From: an uncultured Chloroflexia bacterium
GTDB lineage: Bacteria; Chloroflexota; Limnocylindria; Limnocylindrales; CSP1-4
Assembly: GCA_963813335.1 (NCBI GenBank)
Contig: CAWEYL010000003.1
Span: forward strand, 544,001 to 608,000
DNA: 64,000 nucleotides
Direction: 5' to 3'
Positions 1 through 10,497 of this stretch are shown here, piece by piece; the stretch's first letter is position 1; each line of letters starts with the position of its first letter. Made by a program: the position numbers and the translations under genes. The notes under the pieces are model-generated. The model made no database searches, had not been told where the DNA came from, and was given only the letters and a program-made list of their open reading frames with translations.

Positions 1-590
1 TGCCCGCGCGCGCGGAGCGTGCGCACGACCTCGTGCAGCCGCTCCATCTCCGTCGCCGACAGGCTGGCCGTCGGCTCGTCGAAGACGATCAGGTCGGCGT
101 CCCGGGCCAGGGCGCGGAGGATCTCGACCTGCTGCTGCTGGGCGAGCGGCAGCCGGCCGACGATCGACCCTGCCCTGATCTCGAAGCCCGCCTCCGCGAC
201 GAGCCGGTCGAAGCGGTCCCGGAGGGTGCCCCGCTCGATGAAGCCGGCTCGCTTGGGCTCGGCTCCGAGGAAGACGTTCTCGGCGGCGGTCAGCCTGGGG
301 ACCAGGGCGACCTCCTGGGCGACGAGGGCGATGCCCTGGGTCAGGGCCTCCCGGGGGGAGCGGAACGAGACGGTCTGCCCGCGCAGGACCAGGTCGCCCT
401 GGTCCTGCGGGAAGACGCCGGCGATGATCTTGCCGAGCGTCGACTTGCCGGCGCCGTTCTCGCCGACGAACGCGTGGACCGTGCCGGCCCGGACCGCCAC
501 CGAGACCTCGTCGAGGGCTCGGGTCGCCCCGAAGGACTTGCCGAGCCCGCGAACGTCGAGGTGGGTGGCGTCGCTGGCCGCGGTGGCCAT
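1..590 (-). CDS. sugar ABC transporter ATP-binding protein (RbsA/MglA-like), runs off the window start
   Basis: Own translation from ATG at 590: MATAASDATHLDVRGLGKSFGATRALDEVS...GENGAGKSTL (Walker A)...QQQQVEILRAL...LIVFDEPT (Walker B). Confidence 0.9.
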   Translation of the reverse strand, partial: MATAASDATHLDVRGLGKSFGATRALDEVSVAVRAGTVHAFVGENGAGKSTLGKIIAGVFPQDQGDLVLRGQTVSFRSPREALTQGIALVAQEVALVPRLTAAENVFLGAEPKRAGFIERGTLRDRFDRLVAEAGFEIRAGSIVGRLPLAQQQQVEILRALARDADLIVFDEPTASLSATEMERLHEVVRTLRARG

Positions 591-614
591 CGCGTCAGTC
601 GACCTGGTCGGATC

Positions 615-1703
615 TCAGCCCGGCCACTCCGCGAGCGGCAGGAAGTGATCGACGTTGGCCTTGGTGACGACGCCGCCGTCCTGCAGCGATGCGAGCGGGT
701 CGACGCCCGGGGCGGGCGTACCCGTCCGGATCGCCTGGATGAGCTGCGTCGTGCCCTGGCCGCCCTCGGTGGCCGGCATCTGCATGACGGTCCCGAAACG
801 CTCGCCGGACGCGATGCCCTGGAGCGCGATCGTGCCGCCGCCGTAGCCGACGAGGCGGACCTTGTCCTTGATGTCCTTGACCGCGACGACCGCACCGGTG
901 ATGGCCTGGTCGGCGCTGACGATGACCGAGACGTCCGGGTGGGCCGCGACGATGTCCTGCGACGCCTTCAGGCCGAGGGCCGTCGTGTAGAAGGACTCGC
1001 CCGTGTCGGACACGACCTTGATCTCGGGGTGGCTCGCGATCGCCGTGTCGAACGCGGCCTTGAGGGCCTGGTCCAGCGCGGCGGCCTTGACCGACCAGAT
1101 GTAGCCGATGTTGCAGGGGTTGGCCTTGAGGTCGGCGCAGGCGGTGACCACGAGCTCGCCGATCTTGCGTCCGAGCTCGCTCGGGACGAAGGCGACGTTC
1201 GCGCTCAGCCCGGGGACCTGCGAGTTCGGGGTGGTCATGTCGGAGCCGAGCACCTGGTCGATGTTGCCGACGGCGATGCCGGCGGCGATCGCCTTCTTGA
1301 CGTCCTCGACGAGCCCGGCGCCGTAGAGCGGCTGGGTGATGATCGCGTCGTACTTGCCGGACGCGGTCGCGTCCTGGAGCTGCTTGGTCTGGGCGGCCGG
1401 GTCGAGGTTCGCGTCGAAGACGGTCAGCTTGGCGTTGCCGGCGGCCGCGGCGGCCTGGGCGGCCGCGAGCATCGGGGCGTCGTAGCTGTTGGCCACGGCG
1501 AACGAGAGATAGGCGATCTCGAGGGTCTTGGCCGGCGCCGAGGCGCTGGCGGCCTCGCTGGGCGCCGCGACGCTCGGCGCGGTCGTCGGTGCGGCGCTCG
1601 GCGCCGTCGAGGCGGCCGGGCTGCTGCAGGCTGCGGCGATGACGATGACTCCGAACAAGCCCAGCAGGCGTCCCCGCCCGGGCTGGCCGTTTGGTGCGCG
1701 CAT
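615..1703 (-). CDS. sugar ABC transporter substrate-binding lipoprotein (RbsB-like)
   Basis: Lipobox IAAAC, Ser/Ala/Pro linker, periplasmic binding protein type I motifs (VFDANLDPAAQTKQLQD, LVGYGG); GGAGG RBS; adjacent to ATPase. Confidence 0.9.
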   Translation of the reverse strand: MRAPNGQPGRGRLLGLFGVIVIAAACSSPAASTAPSAAPTTAPSVAAPSEAASASAPAKTLEIAYLSFAVANSYDAPMLAAAQAAAAAGNAKLTVFDANLDPAAQTKQLQDATASGKYDAIITQPLYGAGLVEDVKKAIAAGIAVGNIDQVLGSDMTTPNSQVPGLSANVAFVPSELGRKIGELVVTACADLKANPCNIGYIWSVKAAALDQALKAAFDTAIASHPEIKVVSDTGESFYTTALGLKASQDIVAAHPDVSVIVSADQAITGAVVAVKDIKDKVRLVGYGGGTIALQGIASGERFGTVMQMPATEGGQGTTQLIQAIRTGTPAPGVDPLASLQDGGVVTKANVDHFLPLAEWPG

Positions 1704-1745
1704 GTGTCCTCCTCCACCGATCCAGGCGCCTCGGCGCTGCGGCGG

Positions 1746-1794
1746 AGTGTGCAGAGCCGGTTAACAGGTGTCAAGCCACATTGCAAGATTGTGG
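1746..1794 (-). promoter_or_regulatory. sigma70-like promoter of the sugar ABC operon with upstream inverted repeat
   Basis: Minus strand TTGACA (1774-1769), 17 bp, CACACT (1751-1746); palindrome CCACA-N9-TGTGG at 1776-1794. Confidence 0.5.
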
Positions 1795-1990
1795 AGTGGT
1801 GTCGATCATCTGTTCGCTGCCGTTGTCGGCGTGGTCGCGTGCTCGGATGCGACCGGAACGACACTGAACACGCCACCGCGGCGCTCCCACCGGACTTGCG
1901 CGGCCGGACCGGCTGTGTAGCATGGATGAACACTTCGGCCCTCCTGCACGGATCCGTCGATCCGGCGTTCGACCGCACTGGGGTACTGCG

Positions 1991-3229
1991 ATGACCCGAT
2001 CCTTTGCTTCGCCGGGTTCGATGAACGTCGACTGGGAGGAGCGCTGGAACGTCGACCGGCTCCGCACCTACCGGCTGGGACGCGCCCGCGCGGCGCTCGC
2101 GGCCTCGGAGGTGGGCGCGGTCCTGCTGTTCGACTTCAACAACATCCGCTACGTCACCAGCACCCACATCGGCGAGTGGGCGCGCGACAAGATGACCCGC
2201 TACGCCCTGCTGACCCGCGGCGGCGATCCGCACATCTGGGACTTCGGCTCGGCCGCCAGGCACCACCGGCTCAACTGCCCGTGGATGCGGCCGGAGAACA
2301 TCCACGCCGGGATGATCGGGCTGCGCGGGGCGGTCGCCCCGGACGCCGGCCTGTTCCGCGCCGCCGCGAAGGAGATCGCCCGGATCCTCAAGGACGAGGG
2401 CGCGGCCGACATGCCCATCGGCGTCGATATCGTGGAACCGCCGATGCTGGCGGCCCTCGCCGAGGAGGGCGTCAGGGTGCTCGACGGCCAGCAGGTGATG
2501 CTCGACGCCCGCGAGGTCAAGTCGATCGACGAGATCATCCTGCTCAACACCGCCTGCGCGATGGTCGACGGGGCGTACCAGATGCTCGCCGAGCAGCTCA
2601 AGCCGGGCGTCCGCGAGAGCGAGCTGGTGGCGAACGTCACGAAGGCGCTCTTCGACATGGGCTCGGAGCACGTCGACAACATCAACGCCGTGTCGGGCGA
2701 GCGCTGCAGCCCGCACCCGCACGTCTTCAGCGACCGGATCATCCGCCCGGGCGACCAGGCCTTCTTCGACATCATCCACACCTTCGTCGGCTACAAGACC
2801 TGCTACTACCGGACGTTCGTGGTGGGCAAGGGCACGGACCCGCAGCGCGACGCCTACAAGCAGGCCCGCGAATGGATCGACGCCTCGATCGAGCTGATGC
2901 GCCCGGGCGTGACCACGGACCAGGTCGCGAAGGTCTGGCCGAAGGCCCAGGAGTTCGGCTTCGACAACGAGATGGAGTGCTTCGGGCTGCAGTTCGGCCA
3001 CAGCGTCGGGCTGTTCCTCCACGAGCGGCCGATCATCAGCCGGCTCAACTCGATCGAGCACCCGGTCGAGCTGAAGGAGGGCATGGTCATCGCGCTCGAG
3101 ACCTACTGCCCGGCCAAGGACGGCGTGTCCGCCGCCCGCATCGAGGAGGAGGTCGTGATCACCGCCGACGGCCCGGTCGTCATCACCAAGTTCCCGTCGG
3201 ACGAGCTGTTCGTCGCCAACGCGTACTAG
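1991..3229 (+). CDS. M24 (Xaa-Pro peptidase/creatinase fold) hydrolase
   Basis: Creatinase-like N-terminus (NNIRYVT), M24 core FFDII...GYKTCYYRT...FGHSVG..LHE...LETY...RIEEEV; ATG 1991 preferred over 1922. Confidence 0.85.
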   Translation: MTRSFASPGSMNVDWEERWNVDRLRTYRLGRARAALAASEVGAVLLFDFNNIRYVTSTHIGEWARDKMTRYALLTRGGDPHIWDFGSAARHHRLNCPWMRPENIHAGMIGLRGAVAPDAGLFRAAAKEIARILKDEGAADMPIGVDIVEPPMLAALAEEGVRVLDGQQVMLDAREVKSIDEIILLNTACAMVDGAYQMLAEQLKPGVRESELVANVTKALFDMGSEHVDNINAVSGERCSPHPHVFSDRIIRPGDQAFFDIIHTFVGYKTCYYRTFVVGKGTDPQRDAYKQAREWIDASIELMRPGVTTDQVAKVWPKAQEFGFDNEMECFGLQFGHSVGLFLHERPIISRLNSIEHPVELKEGMVIALETYCPAKDGVSAARIEEEVVITADGPVVITKFPSDELFVANAY

Positions 3230-3242
3230 GAGCGTCGACCCG

Positions 3243-4243
3243 ATGGCGACCACCGCGCCCGACATCGAGCGGGCCACCCAGCTGCGGATGTACCGGACGA
3301 TGCAGGAGTGCCGGCTGTTCGAGGTCCGCGCCCAGGAGCTGTTCTTCGAGGGCCTGGTCCGGGGCACGACCCATCTCGGCGTCGGGCAGGAGGCGGTGGC
3401 GGCCGGCGTGGCCGCGGCGATGCGCGACGACGACTACACGTTCTGCACCTACCGCGGCCACAACCACACGCTCGCCCGGGGCGTGCCGATGGCGCCGATC
3501 TTCGCCGAGCTCTTCGGTCGCGGGACGGGGCTCCTCGGCGGCAAGGGCGGGTCGATGCACCTGACCAGCGTCGAGCACCACGCGATGGGCTCGTACGCGA
3601 TCGTCGGCGCGCACCTGCCGATCGCGCTGGGCGCCGCGTGGTCCGCGCAGTACCGCAAGTCCGGGCCAGGTCGCGGTCTGCTTCTTCGGCGACGGCACCA
3701 CCAACATCGGCGCGTTCCACGAGGCCCTCAACATGGCCGCGGTCTGGAAGGCCCCGGTGGTGTTCGTCTGCGAGAACAACCAGTACATGGAGTACACCGC
3801 CATCGGCGACGTCACGGCCGTGCCGCGGCCCGCCGCGGACCGGGCGAGCGCCTACGGCCTCGAGCCGATCGTCGTGGACGGCAACGACGTCGAGGCGGTC
3901 CACCGGGTGGCGCGGACCGCGGTCGACCGGGCGCGCGCCGGCGATGGGCCGTCGCTCATCGAGGCCATCACCTACCGCCACGGCGGCCACTCGCGCGCCG
4001 ACCCCGGCAAGTACCGGCCCGACGACGAGGTCGCCGCGTGGAAGGCGCGCGACCCCATCCCGGCCTACCGCGCGCAGCTGCTCGGCGAGGGCGCCGACGG
4101 GGCCGGCCTGGACGCCATCGACGCGGCCGCGGCCGACGCCGTCGCCGCTGCCGAGGCGATCGCCCGGGCGGCACCCGAGCCCAGCCCCGGACGTGCTGGA
4201 GACCCAGGTCTGGGCGGACGGAGGCTCGTCATGGCGGAATTGA
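3243..4243 (+). CDS. TPP-dependent dehydrogenase E1 alpha subunit (acetoin/pyruvate dehydrogenase family), two apparent frameshifts (~3663, ~4188)
   Basis: HLGVGQEA, TYRGH, GKGGSMH in one frame; FGDGTTNIGAFHEALN, CENNQY, TYRHGGHS in the next; C-terminus VLETQVWADGGSSWRN in the third. Confidence 0.85.
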
Positions 4244-5217
4244 CGTACCGCGCGGCGTTCGCCGCGGCGATCGCCCAGGAGATGGAGCGCGACCCGAGCG
4301 TCGTGCTCATCGGCGAGGACGTCGGCGCGGCCGGTGGCGTGTTCAAGCTGACCGAGGGCCTGTACGGGCGGTTCGGCGGCGAGCGCGTCCGCGACACGCC
4401 GATCAGCGAGCAGGCCATCGTCGGCGCGGCGATGGGCGCGGCGATGACCGGGCTGCGGCCGATCGCCGAGCTCATGTTCAGCGACTTCTTCGCGGTCGCC
4501 TGGGACATGGTCGCCAACCAGATCGCCAAGACCCGCTACATGACCGACGGCCAGGTCTCGCTGCCGCTGGTGCTCCACACCGCCAACGGGGCGGGCCTCC
4601 GCTTCGGCGCGCAGCACAGCCAGAGCGTCGAGAACTGGGCGATGGCGATCCCCGGGCTCAAGGTCGTCGCGCCGTCGACGCCGGCCGACGTGATGGGCCT
4701 GATGGCGGCCTCGATCCGCGACCCCGACCCGGTGGTCTTCTGCGCCTCGAAGGCGCTCCTCGCGACCAAGGGCGAGGTCCCCGACGGGGAGCACGTCGAC
4801 ACGCTCGGGACCGCGCGGGTCGTCCGCGCGGGCTCGGACGCCACGATCCTCGCGCTCGCCGCGATGGTGCCCAAGTCGATCGAGGCGGCCGACCGGCTCG
4901 CCGCCGAGCACGGCCTCGACATCGAGGTGATCGACCTGCGCTCGCTGGTGCCGCTCGACACCGCGACCATCCTCGCCTCGGTCAAGAAGACCAGCCGCGT
5001 GTTCACGGTCGAGGAGAACCCGCGCCTGTGCGGCTGGGGCGCCGAGATCGCCTCGATCATCGCGGACGACGGCTTCTACAGCCTCGACGCGCCGATCGTG
5101 CGGATCACCACCCCGCACATCCCGCTGCCGTCGGCGGCGGCCCTCGAGGACCTCGCGGTGCCGTCGGTCGAGCGCATCGCCGAGACCGTCAAGAGGCGAC
5201 TGGATGACGCCGCCTGA
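4231..5217 (+). CDS. TPP-dependent dehydrogenase E1 beta subunit
   Basis: MAELTYRAA...LIGEDVG..GGVF, DTPISEQAIVG, AELMFSDF, AQHSQS, EVIDLRSLVPLD. Confidence 0.92.
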   Translation: MAELTYRAAFAAAIAQEMERDPSVVLIGEDVGAAGGVFKLTEGLYGRFGGERVRDTPISEQAIVGAAMGAAMTGLRPIAELMFSDFFAVAWDMVANQIAKTRYMTDGQVSLPLVLHTANGAGLRFGAQHSQSVENWAMAIPGLKVVAPSTPADVMGLMAASIRDPDPVVFCASKALLATKGEVPDGEHVDTLGTARVVRAGSDATILALAAMVPKSIEAADRLAAEHGLDIEVIDLRSLVPLDTATILASVKKTSRVFTVEENPRLCGWGAEIASIIADDGFYSLDAPIVRITTPHIPLPSAAALEDLAVPSVERIAETVKRRLDDAA

Positions 5218-6113
5218 CGGCCGACCCACCGTCGGGCTCCTCGGCTGCGGCCGGATGGGCTCGGCCATGGCCCGCGCGCTGGCCGCCGGCGGGTACGAGG
5301 TCGTGGCCTGGAACCGCTCGCCCGGACCGGCGGCCGAGCTGGCCGCGCGCGATCGGCGGGCGGGCCGTCGCGACGCCGGCCGACGTCGCCCGCGCGGCCG
5401 ACGTCTGCGTCTCGATGCTCGCCGACGGCGCGGCCGTGGACGCGGTCTACGGCGGCCCGGACGGGCTGCTGGCCGGGGCGCATCCCGGGAGCGTCTTCGC
5501 GGATGCCTCGACCGTGGCGCCGGCCACGCTGCGTGCCCATGCCGCCGCGGCGGCGGCCGCGGGAGCCGGCCTCCTGGACACGCCGGTCTCGGGCAGCGTC
5601 GGGCTCGCCCAGAGCGGCACGCTGACGATCATGGTGGGCGGGGATGCCGCGGACCTGGCGCGGGCGCGGCCCGTGCTCGACACCCTGGCCGCGACCGTCT
5701 TCCACATCGGCCCGCTGGGCACCGGCGCGGCGATGAAGCTCGCGGTGAACACCGTGATCTTCGGGCTCAACCAGGCGGTCGCGGAGAGCGTCCGCCTCGC
5801 GGAGGCCGCCGGCATCGACCGGCCGGCCGCGTACGACGTCCTCGCCGTCAGCGCCGTCGGGGCGCCGTACCTCGGCTACAAGCGGGACGCCTTCCTCGAG
5901 CCGGACACGACCCCGGTCGCGTTCTCGCTCGACCTGGCCGCCAAGGACCTGCGGCTCATCGCCGACCTCGCGGCAGCGGTCGGCGTCGAGCTGCCGCAGG
6001 CCGGCACGAACCTCGCCGCGATCGAATCGGCCGCCGCGTCGGGCGGCGGCGACCGCGACTTCTCGGCCGTGATGCGGCCCACCGTCGTCGGAAGCAAAGG
6101 AGGACCGGGCTGA
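5204..6113 (+). CDS. NAD(P)-dependent beta-hydroxyacid dehydrogenase (3-hydroxyisobutyrate dehydrogenase family), frameshift ~5350
   Basis: VGLLGCGRMGSAMA Rossmann motif and WNRS, then DTPVSGS, LTIMVGG, GAAMKLAVN in the shifted frame. Confidence 0.85.
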
Positions 6114-6189
6114 CCGACCACTTGGCAGGGGCCGGCCGGCCCGTCGACCGAGCACACGCGATCGTCGAAGCAGCACAGAGGAGGCCGCA

Positions 6190-7584
6190 ATGAGCGAACG
6201 AACGCTGATCAAGGATGCCATCGTCCTCACGGTCGACCCCGACATCGGGGAGTTGCCGCGCGCGAGCATCCTCGTCGAGGACGGCAAGATCGCAGCCGTC
6301 GGTCCGGACGTGACCGCCGCCGACGCGAGGGTCATCGACGCGGCCGGCGACATCGTCATCCCGGGTTTCGTCGACACCCACCGGCACACCTGGGAGACGT
6401 CGATCCGGACCTGCGCCCCGGACTTCGCGCTGATCACCTACTTCGGGTCGATCCTCGACAAGTTCGCCCCGCACTACCGCCCCGACGACGTGCTGGCCGC
6501 GAACCGCTGGGGTGCGCTCGAGTGCCTCAACGCGGGGATCACCACGCTCGTCGACTGGTCGCACATCATGAACACGCCGGATCACGCGGACGCGGCGATC
6601 CACGGCCTCCAGGACACGGGCATCCGGTCGGTCTTCGCGTACGGGTTCGGGAACACCTCGCTCGTCGACTGGTGGTTCGGGCCCGACTACACGGGCAGCG
6701 TGCTGACCTCCGACGGCGCCGACGCCCGCCGCCTGCGCAAGCAGTACTTCAGCTCCGACGACCAGCTCGTGACGATGGCCCTCGCCACGCGCGGCACCGG
6801 GTTCTGCAAGCCGGACGTCGTCCGCCACGACTGGGAGCTGGCCAAGGAGCTCGACCTCAACATCACGGTCCACGTCGCCATGGACCGGTTCGGCTACACG
6901 AAGCTCCAGGTCCTCGCGCTGCGCGACATGGACCTGCTGTACCCGAACACGACCTACGTCCATGCCTCGCACTTCACCGACGAGGAGTGGGCGCTCGTCC
7001 GCGACTCCGGCGGGAACGTGTCCTTCGCCCCGCAGATCGAGGTCCAGATGGGCCACGGCTGGGCGCCCGCGGTGACCGCCCTCGCGTACGACGTGCCCAT
7101 CGGCCTGTCGTCCGACGTCGCCACCACCGCCCCGTCCGACCAGTTCACGCAGATGCGCTCGATCTTCGGCTCGGAGCGCGGCCGCAAGCACCAGGAGGCC
7201 TGGGACGCCGACCTCGACGGGCTCCAGGCGTCGCCCGGGCTCATCACCTCACGGCAGGTCCTGGAGTGGGCGACGCTCGGTGGCGCGAAGGTCGCCGGCA
7301 TCGCCGACCGGACCGGGTCGATCACGCCCGGCAAGCAGGCCGACCTCGTGATCATCGACGGGTCCGCCGTGAACGTGGCACCGGTCATCGACCCGGTGGG
7401 CGCGGTCGTCTGCGCCGCGGACGTCTCGAACGTCAAGACCGTCCTGGTCGGGGGCAACGCCCTCAAGGAGGACTTCCGGCTGAAGGCCTCGCTGGCCGCC
7501 CCGCGCAAGGACGTCGAGGCCAGCCGCGATTACCTCCTCGGGAAGTTCGGCGACCCGGAACCGGGCTGGCTCGCGCCCGCCTGA
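6190..7584 (+). CDS. metal-dependent amidohydrolase (AtzA/MTA-SAH deaminase-like family)
   Basis: PGFVDTHRH, ITVHV, YVHASH, GLSSD, GSITPGKQADLVII; GGAGG RBS. Confidence 0.9.
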   Translation: MSERTLIKDAIVLTVDPDIGELPRASILVEDGKIAAVGPDVTAADARVIDAAGDIVIPGFVDTHRHTWETSIRTCAPDFALITYFGSILDKFAPHYRPDDVLAANRWGALECLNAGITTLVDWSHIMNTPDHADAAIHGLQDTGIRSVFAYGFGNTSLVDWWFGPDYTGSVLTSDGADARRLRKQYFSSDDQLVTMALATRGTGFCKPDVVRHDWELAKELDLNITVHVAMDRFGYTKLQVLALRDMDLLYPNTTYVHASHFTDEEWALVRDSGGNVSFAPQIEVQMGHGWAPAVTALAYDVPIGLSSDVATTAPSDQFTQMRSIFGSERGRKHQEAWDADLDGLQASPGLITSRQVLEWATLGGAKVAGIADRTGSITPGKQADLVIIDGSAVNVAPVIDPVGAVVCAADVSNVKTVLVGGNALKEDFRLKASLAAPRKDVEASRDYLLGKFGDPEPGWLAPA

Positions 7585-7604
7585 CCCCTCGCCCCCAGCG
7601 CCAC

Positions 7605-7630
7605 GGGAGCCCGGCCTCGGCCGGGCTCTC
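7605..7630. terminator. hairpin between convergent genes (possible bidirectional terminator)
   Basis: GGGAGCCCGGC-ctcg-GCCGGGCTCTC. Confidence 0.6.
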
Positions 7631-7634
7631 GGCG

Positions 7635-8486
7635 TTACGGGCCCGGCACGCTCCAGTCGATCCGCATCGACGCGCGGAGGATGCCGCCCGCTTCGAGGAT
7701 CGCGAGACCCGTCCTGGGCGCCTCGGCCTCCCCGCCGGCCAGCGCGTTCGGCCAGGCGGTCTGCGGTTCGACGCAGAACGCATGCGGCGGGGTGTAGACG
7801 ACCACCGAGCTCACCGGCGCGTCCCAGGAGATCCGCAGCTCCAGGTCCGGGAACGTCGCGACCGCGGGCGAGCGCGGGTCGACGTAGGCGTGGTCGACGT
7901 GGCGGCCGGCGATGGGCCGGCCCGGCCGCAGGTCGGTCATGCCGCGGACCGGGATCCGCTGGCCGGTCGGGATCAGGCCGCGCGTCTGCAGGACCTCGTC
8001 GGCATCGACGCGCAGCCGCGGCCCCGGCGCCTCGCGGCGGAACCACGGGTGCCAGCCGAGCGCGGCCGGCATCCGCCGCTCGGCCTCCACCTCGGCCTCG
8101 ATGTGCACGCCCGACGCCCCGAGGCGGAACCGCTGCCGGGCGACGCCGCCGAACGGCCAGCCGGCCGGGCCGAGGTCGCACGACAGCTCGGCCAGGTCCC
8201 CGTCGACGCGTGTGGCGGTCCAGGACCGGTCGAAGACGACGCCGTGGATCGCGTGCCGGCCGAGCGTCGGCGGCATGACGTAGCGCCGCCCGTCAAAGTC
8301 GAAGATGCCGTTCTCGAGGCGGCCCACCCAGGGTGCCATCAGGAAGCTGCCCCACTCGATCGAGCGGTCGGTCGCGTCCGGCGGCCCGACGAGGATCTCG
8401 CGCTCGCCGAGGCGCAGCGACGACAGCCGGCCGCCGCGATCGAGGTCGATGCCGAGCCGCGCGCTCCCCGCGACGAGGCCGATCAC
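7635..8486 (-). CDS. aldose 1-epimerase family protein
   Basis: GSFLMAPWVGRL, HAIHG, ALGWHPWF, FCVEPQT; GTG start overlapping the kinase stop. Confidence 0.85.
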   Translation of the reverse strand: MIGLVAGSARLGIDLDRGGRLSSLRLGEREILVGPPDATDRSIEWGSFLMAPWVGRLENGIFDFDGRRYVMPPTLGRHAIHGVVFDRSWTATRVDGDLAELSCDLGPAGWPFGGVARQRFRLGASGVHIEAEVEAERRMPAALGWHPWFRREAPGPRLRVDADEVLQTRGLIPTGQRIPVRGMTDLRPGRPIAGRHVDHAYVDPRSPAVATFPDLELRISWDAPVSSVVVYTPPHAFCVEPQTAWPNALAGGEAEAPRTGLAILEAGGILRASMRIDWSVPGP

Positions 8487-9938
8487 GACCCGTGGGCCGG
8501 GGCGGCTGCCGCGAGCTCGATCGCGCCGCGGAAGGCGGCGATGCGGTCGCGCCGCTCGGCGTCCAGCGGCAGCGGATCCAGCAGCGTGCCGGCGCTGGTC
8601 CCCCAGCGGCGGGCGATCGCGGCCGGGTCCTCGTCGCGCCAGGCGGCGGTCGCCTGGACGGCGGCACCGATGGCCACCAGCTCGTCCGCGTCCGGGATCA
8701 GCACCGGTCGGCCGGAGAGGCGGCGCACGACGTCGACCCAGGTGCGGCCGCGCGACCCGCCGCCGACCAGCATCAGCGGCGCGGCGTCGTCGAGCCCGCC
8801 CACGGCGGTCCCGATCGCGTCGAGCGCCTCCAGCAGCGCCGCGGCGGCGCCCTCGTAGGTCGCCATCAGGATCTGCTGCGGCGTCGACGTGTGGCGGAGG
8901 CCGAGGATCGTGCCGGACGCCCCGGGCAGGTCCGGCGTGCGCTCGCCGTCGAGGTACGGGTAGACGACCACCGAGCCAGCCGGCGCGACGTCGTCGCGGT
9001 CGAGCCCGAGCCAGGCGGCGGTGCGGTCGACCGCGAGGGTGCAATTCAGGGTGCAGGCGAGCGGCAGGAAGCGACCCGAGGCGTCGGCGAAGCCGGCGAC
9101 GACCCCGCTCGGGTCGGCGGTGGGCCGCTCGGAGACCGCGAAGATCGTGCCCGACGTCCCGAGGCTCATCGCCGTCTGGCCGACGCCGAGCCCGAGGCCG
9201 AGGGCGGCGCCCATGTTGTCGCCGGTGCCGGGGCCGACCACCGTGCCGCGCGGCAGGCCAGTCTCGTCCACGACGGCGGCGGCCACCTCGCCGGCCGGCT
9301 CGCGCGGACCGAGGAGCCGCGGCAGCAGGCCGGCCGGCAGGGCCACGGCCGGGTGGTCGAGGATCTCCGGCTCGTAGGCGCCGCTGGTGGGCGACCACCA
9401 GCCCGTGCCGGAGGCGTCGCCGCGGTCCGTGGCGGCCGTGCCGGTCAGGCGACCGGTGATGTAGTCGTGCGGGAGCTGGACGGCCGCGGCCGCCGCGGCC
9501 GTCGCCGGCTCGGTGCGACGCAGCCAGGCCCACTTCGAGACCGTGAACGAGGCGTTGGGACGGAGGCCCGTCAGTCGCGCCCAGCGCTCTGCGCCCAGCT
9601 CGGCGGTCAGGCGCTCCGCGTCCGGCGCGGCACGCGTGTCGTTCCAGAGCGACGCATCCCGCAGCGGCGTCGCCGGCGGCGTCGAGGACGACCAGGCCGT
9701 GCTGCTGGCCCGCCACGGAGATCGCGCCGACATCGGCGGCCCGGCCGGTCTCCGCGAGCGCGTCGCGGACGGCGGCCCACCAGCCGCGCGGGTCGGACTC
9801 GCGGGCGCCGTCCGTGCCGGTGACGACGTGCGGTGCCTGCCCGCGCGCGACGACCGCGCCCGAGTCGGGATCGATCAGCAGGATCTTGGTCGACTGGGTC
9901 GAGCAATCGACCCCGGCGACGAGCCGTCCACCCGTCAC
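8483..9938 (-). CDS. xylB: xylulokinase / FGGY carbohydrate kinase, frameshift ~9670
   Basis: AGVDCSTQSTK, GQQHG, LWNDTR, DRGDASGT, GTGDNMGAA, SLGTSGT, YLDGERTP. Confidence 0.85.
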
Positions 9939-9954
9939 GTGCGTCCCTTCCGCG

Positions 9955-10497
9955 TCACGCCTCGAGCGCGTCCCGAAGCCAGTCCCAAAGGTAGCGCACG
10001 AACGAGGGCCGGACGAGCACCCGGTACACGGGCTCCGGGGCGTCGGCGACGTGCCACAGCACGACGTTGGCGCGCGCAAGCAGGGTCTGCGCGCAACCGC
10101 CCGGCCGCAGCCCGCGCTCGAGGTCGAGCGCGCAGCCGGACGCGAGCAGGTCCGCGGCCCCGGACCCGGCGATCTCGATGCCGACCCGGTTCGCGGAGAC
10201 GTCCACGGTCGTCAGGAAGGCGTCCCCGGCTGCGGCCCGGAGGGCGGTCTCGATGGCGGGCGCGGTCCCGGCCGGGGCGCCCTCCCGCCCGACGACCAGC
10301 CACTCGTCGGGGCCGAGCCAGAGGACGTGTCCCTCGCCGTCGGTCGCGGCGGTCACGGTGTTCGGGGCGGTCGGCGGCCGGGCCGCGAGCGCCTCGCCGA
10401 TCCGTCCCAGGAGCGCGGCATCCGACGGGTCGGCGCGCATCGAGACCTGCGGGATCGGACCCAGCTCGCGGATCGTCACGTCGGTGTGCGCGGTCAT
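9955..10497 (-). CDS. soxG: sarcosine oxidase subunit gamma
   Basis: [28 protein letters not shown]; last gene of the soxBDAG run. Confidence 0.9.
   Translation of the reverse strand: MTAHTDVTIRELGPIPQVSMRADPSDAALLGRIGEALAARPPTAPNTVTAATDGEGHVLWLGPDEWLVVGREGAPAGTAPAIETALRAAAGDAFLTTVDVSANRVGIEIAGSGAADLLASGCALDLERGLRPGGCAQTLLARANVVLWHVADAPEPVYRVLVRPSFVRYLWDWLRDALEA

Noticed and set aside
3243-5217. Apparent E1 alpha-beta fusion or programmed frameshifting
   Set aside because: Explained by two single-base insertions; no slippery heptamer; beta has its own SD and ATG at 4231
7635-10079. 814-aa kinase-epimerase fusion ORF
   Set aside because: A frameshift at ~9670 puts the kinase N-terminus in the epimerase frame; the middle of the ORF is nonsense
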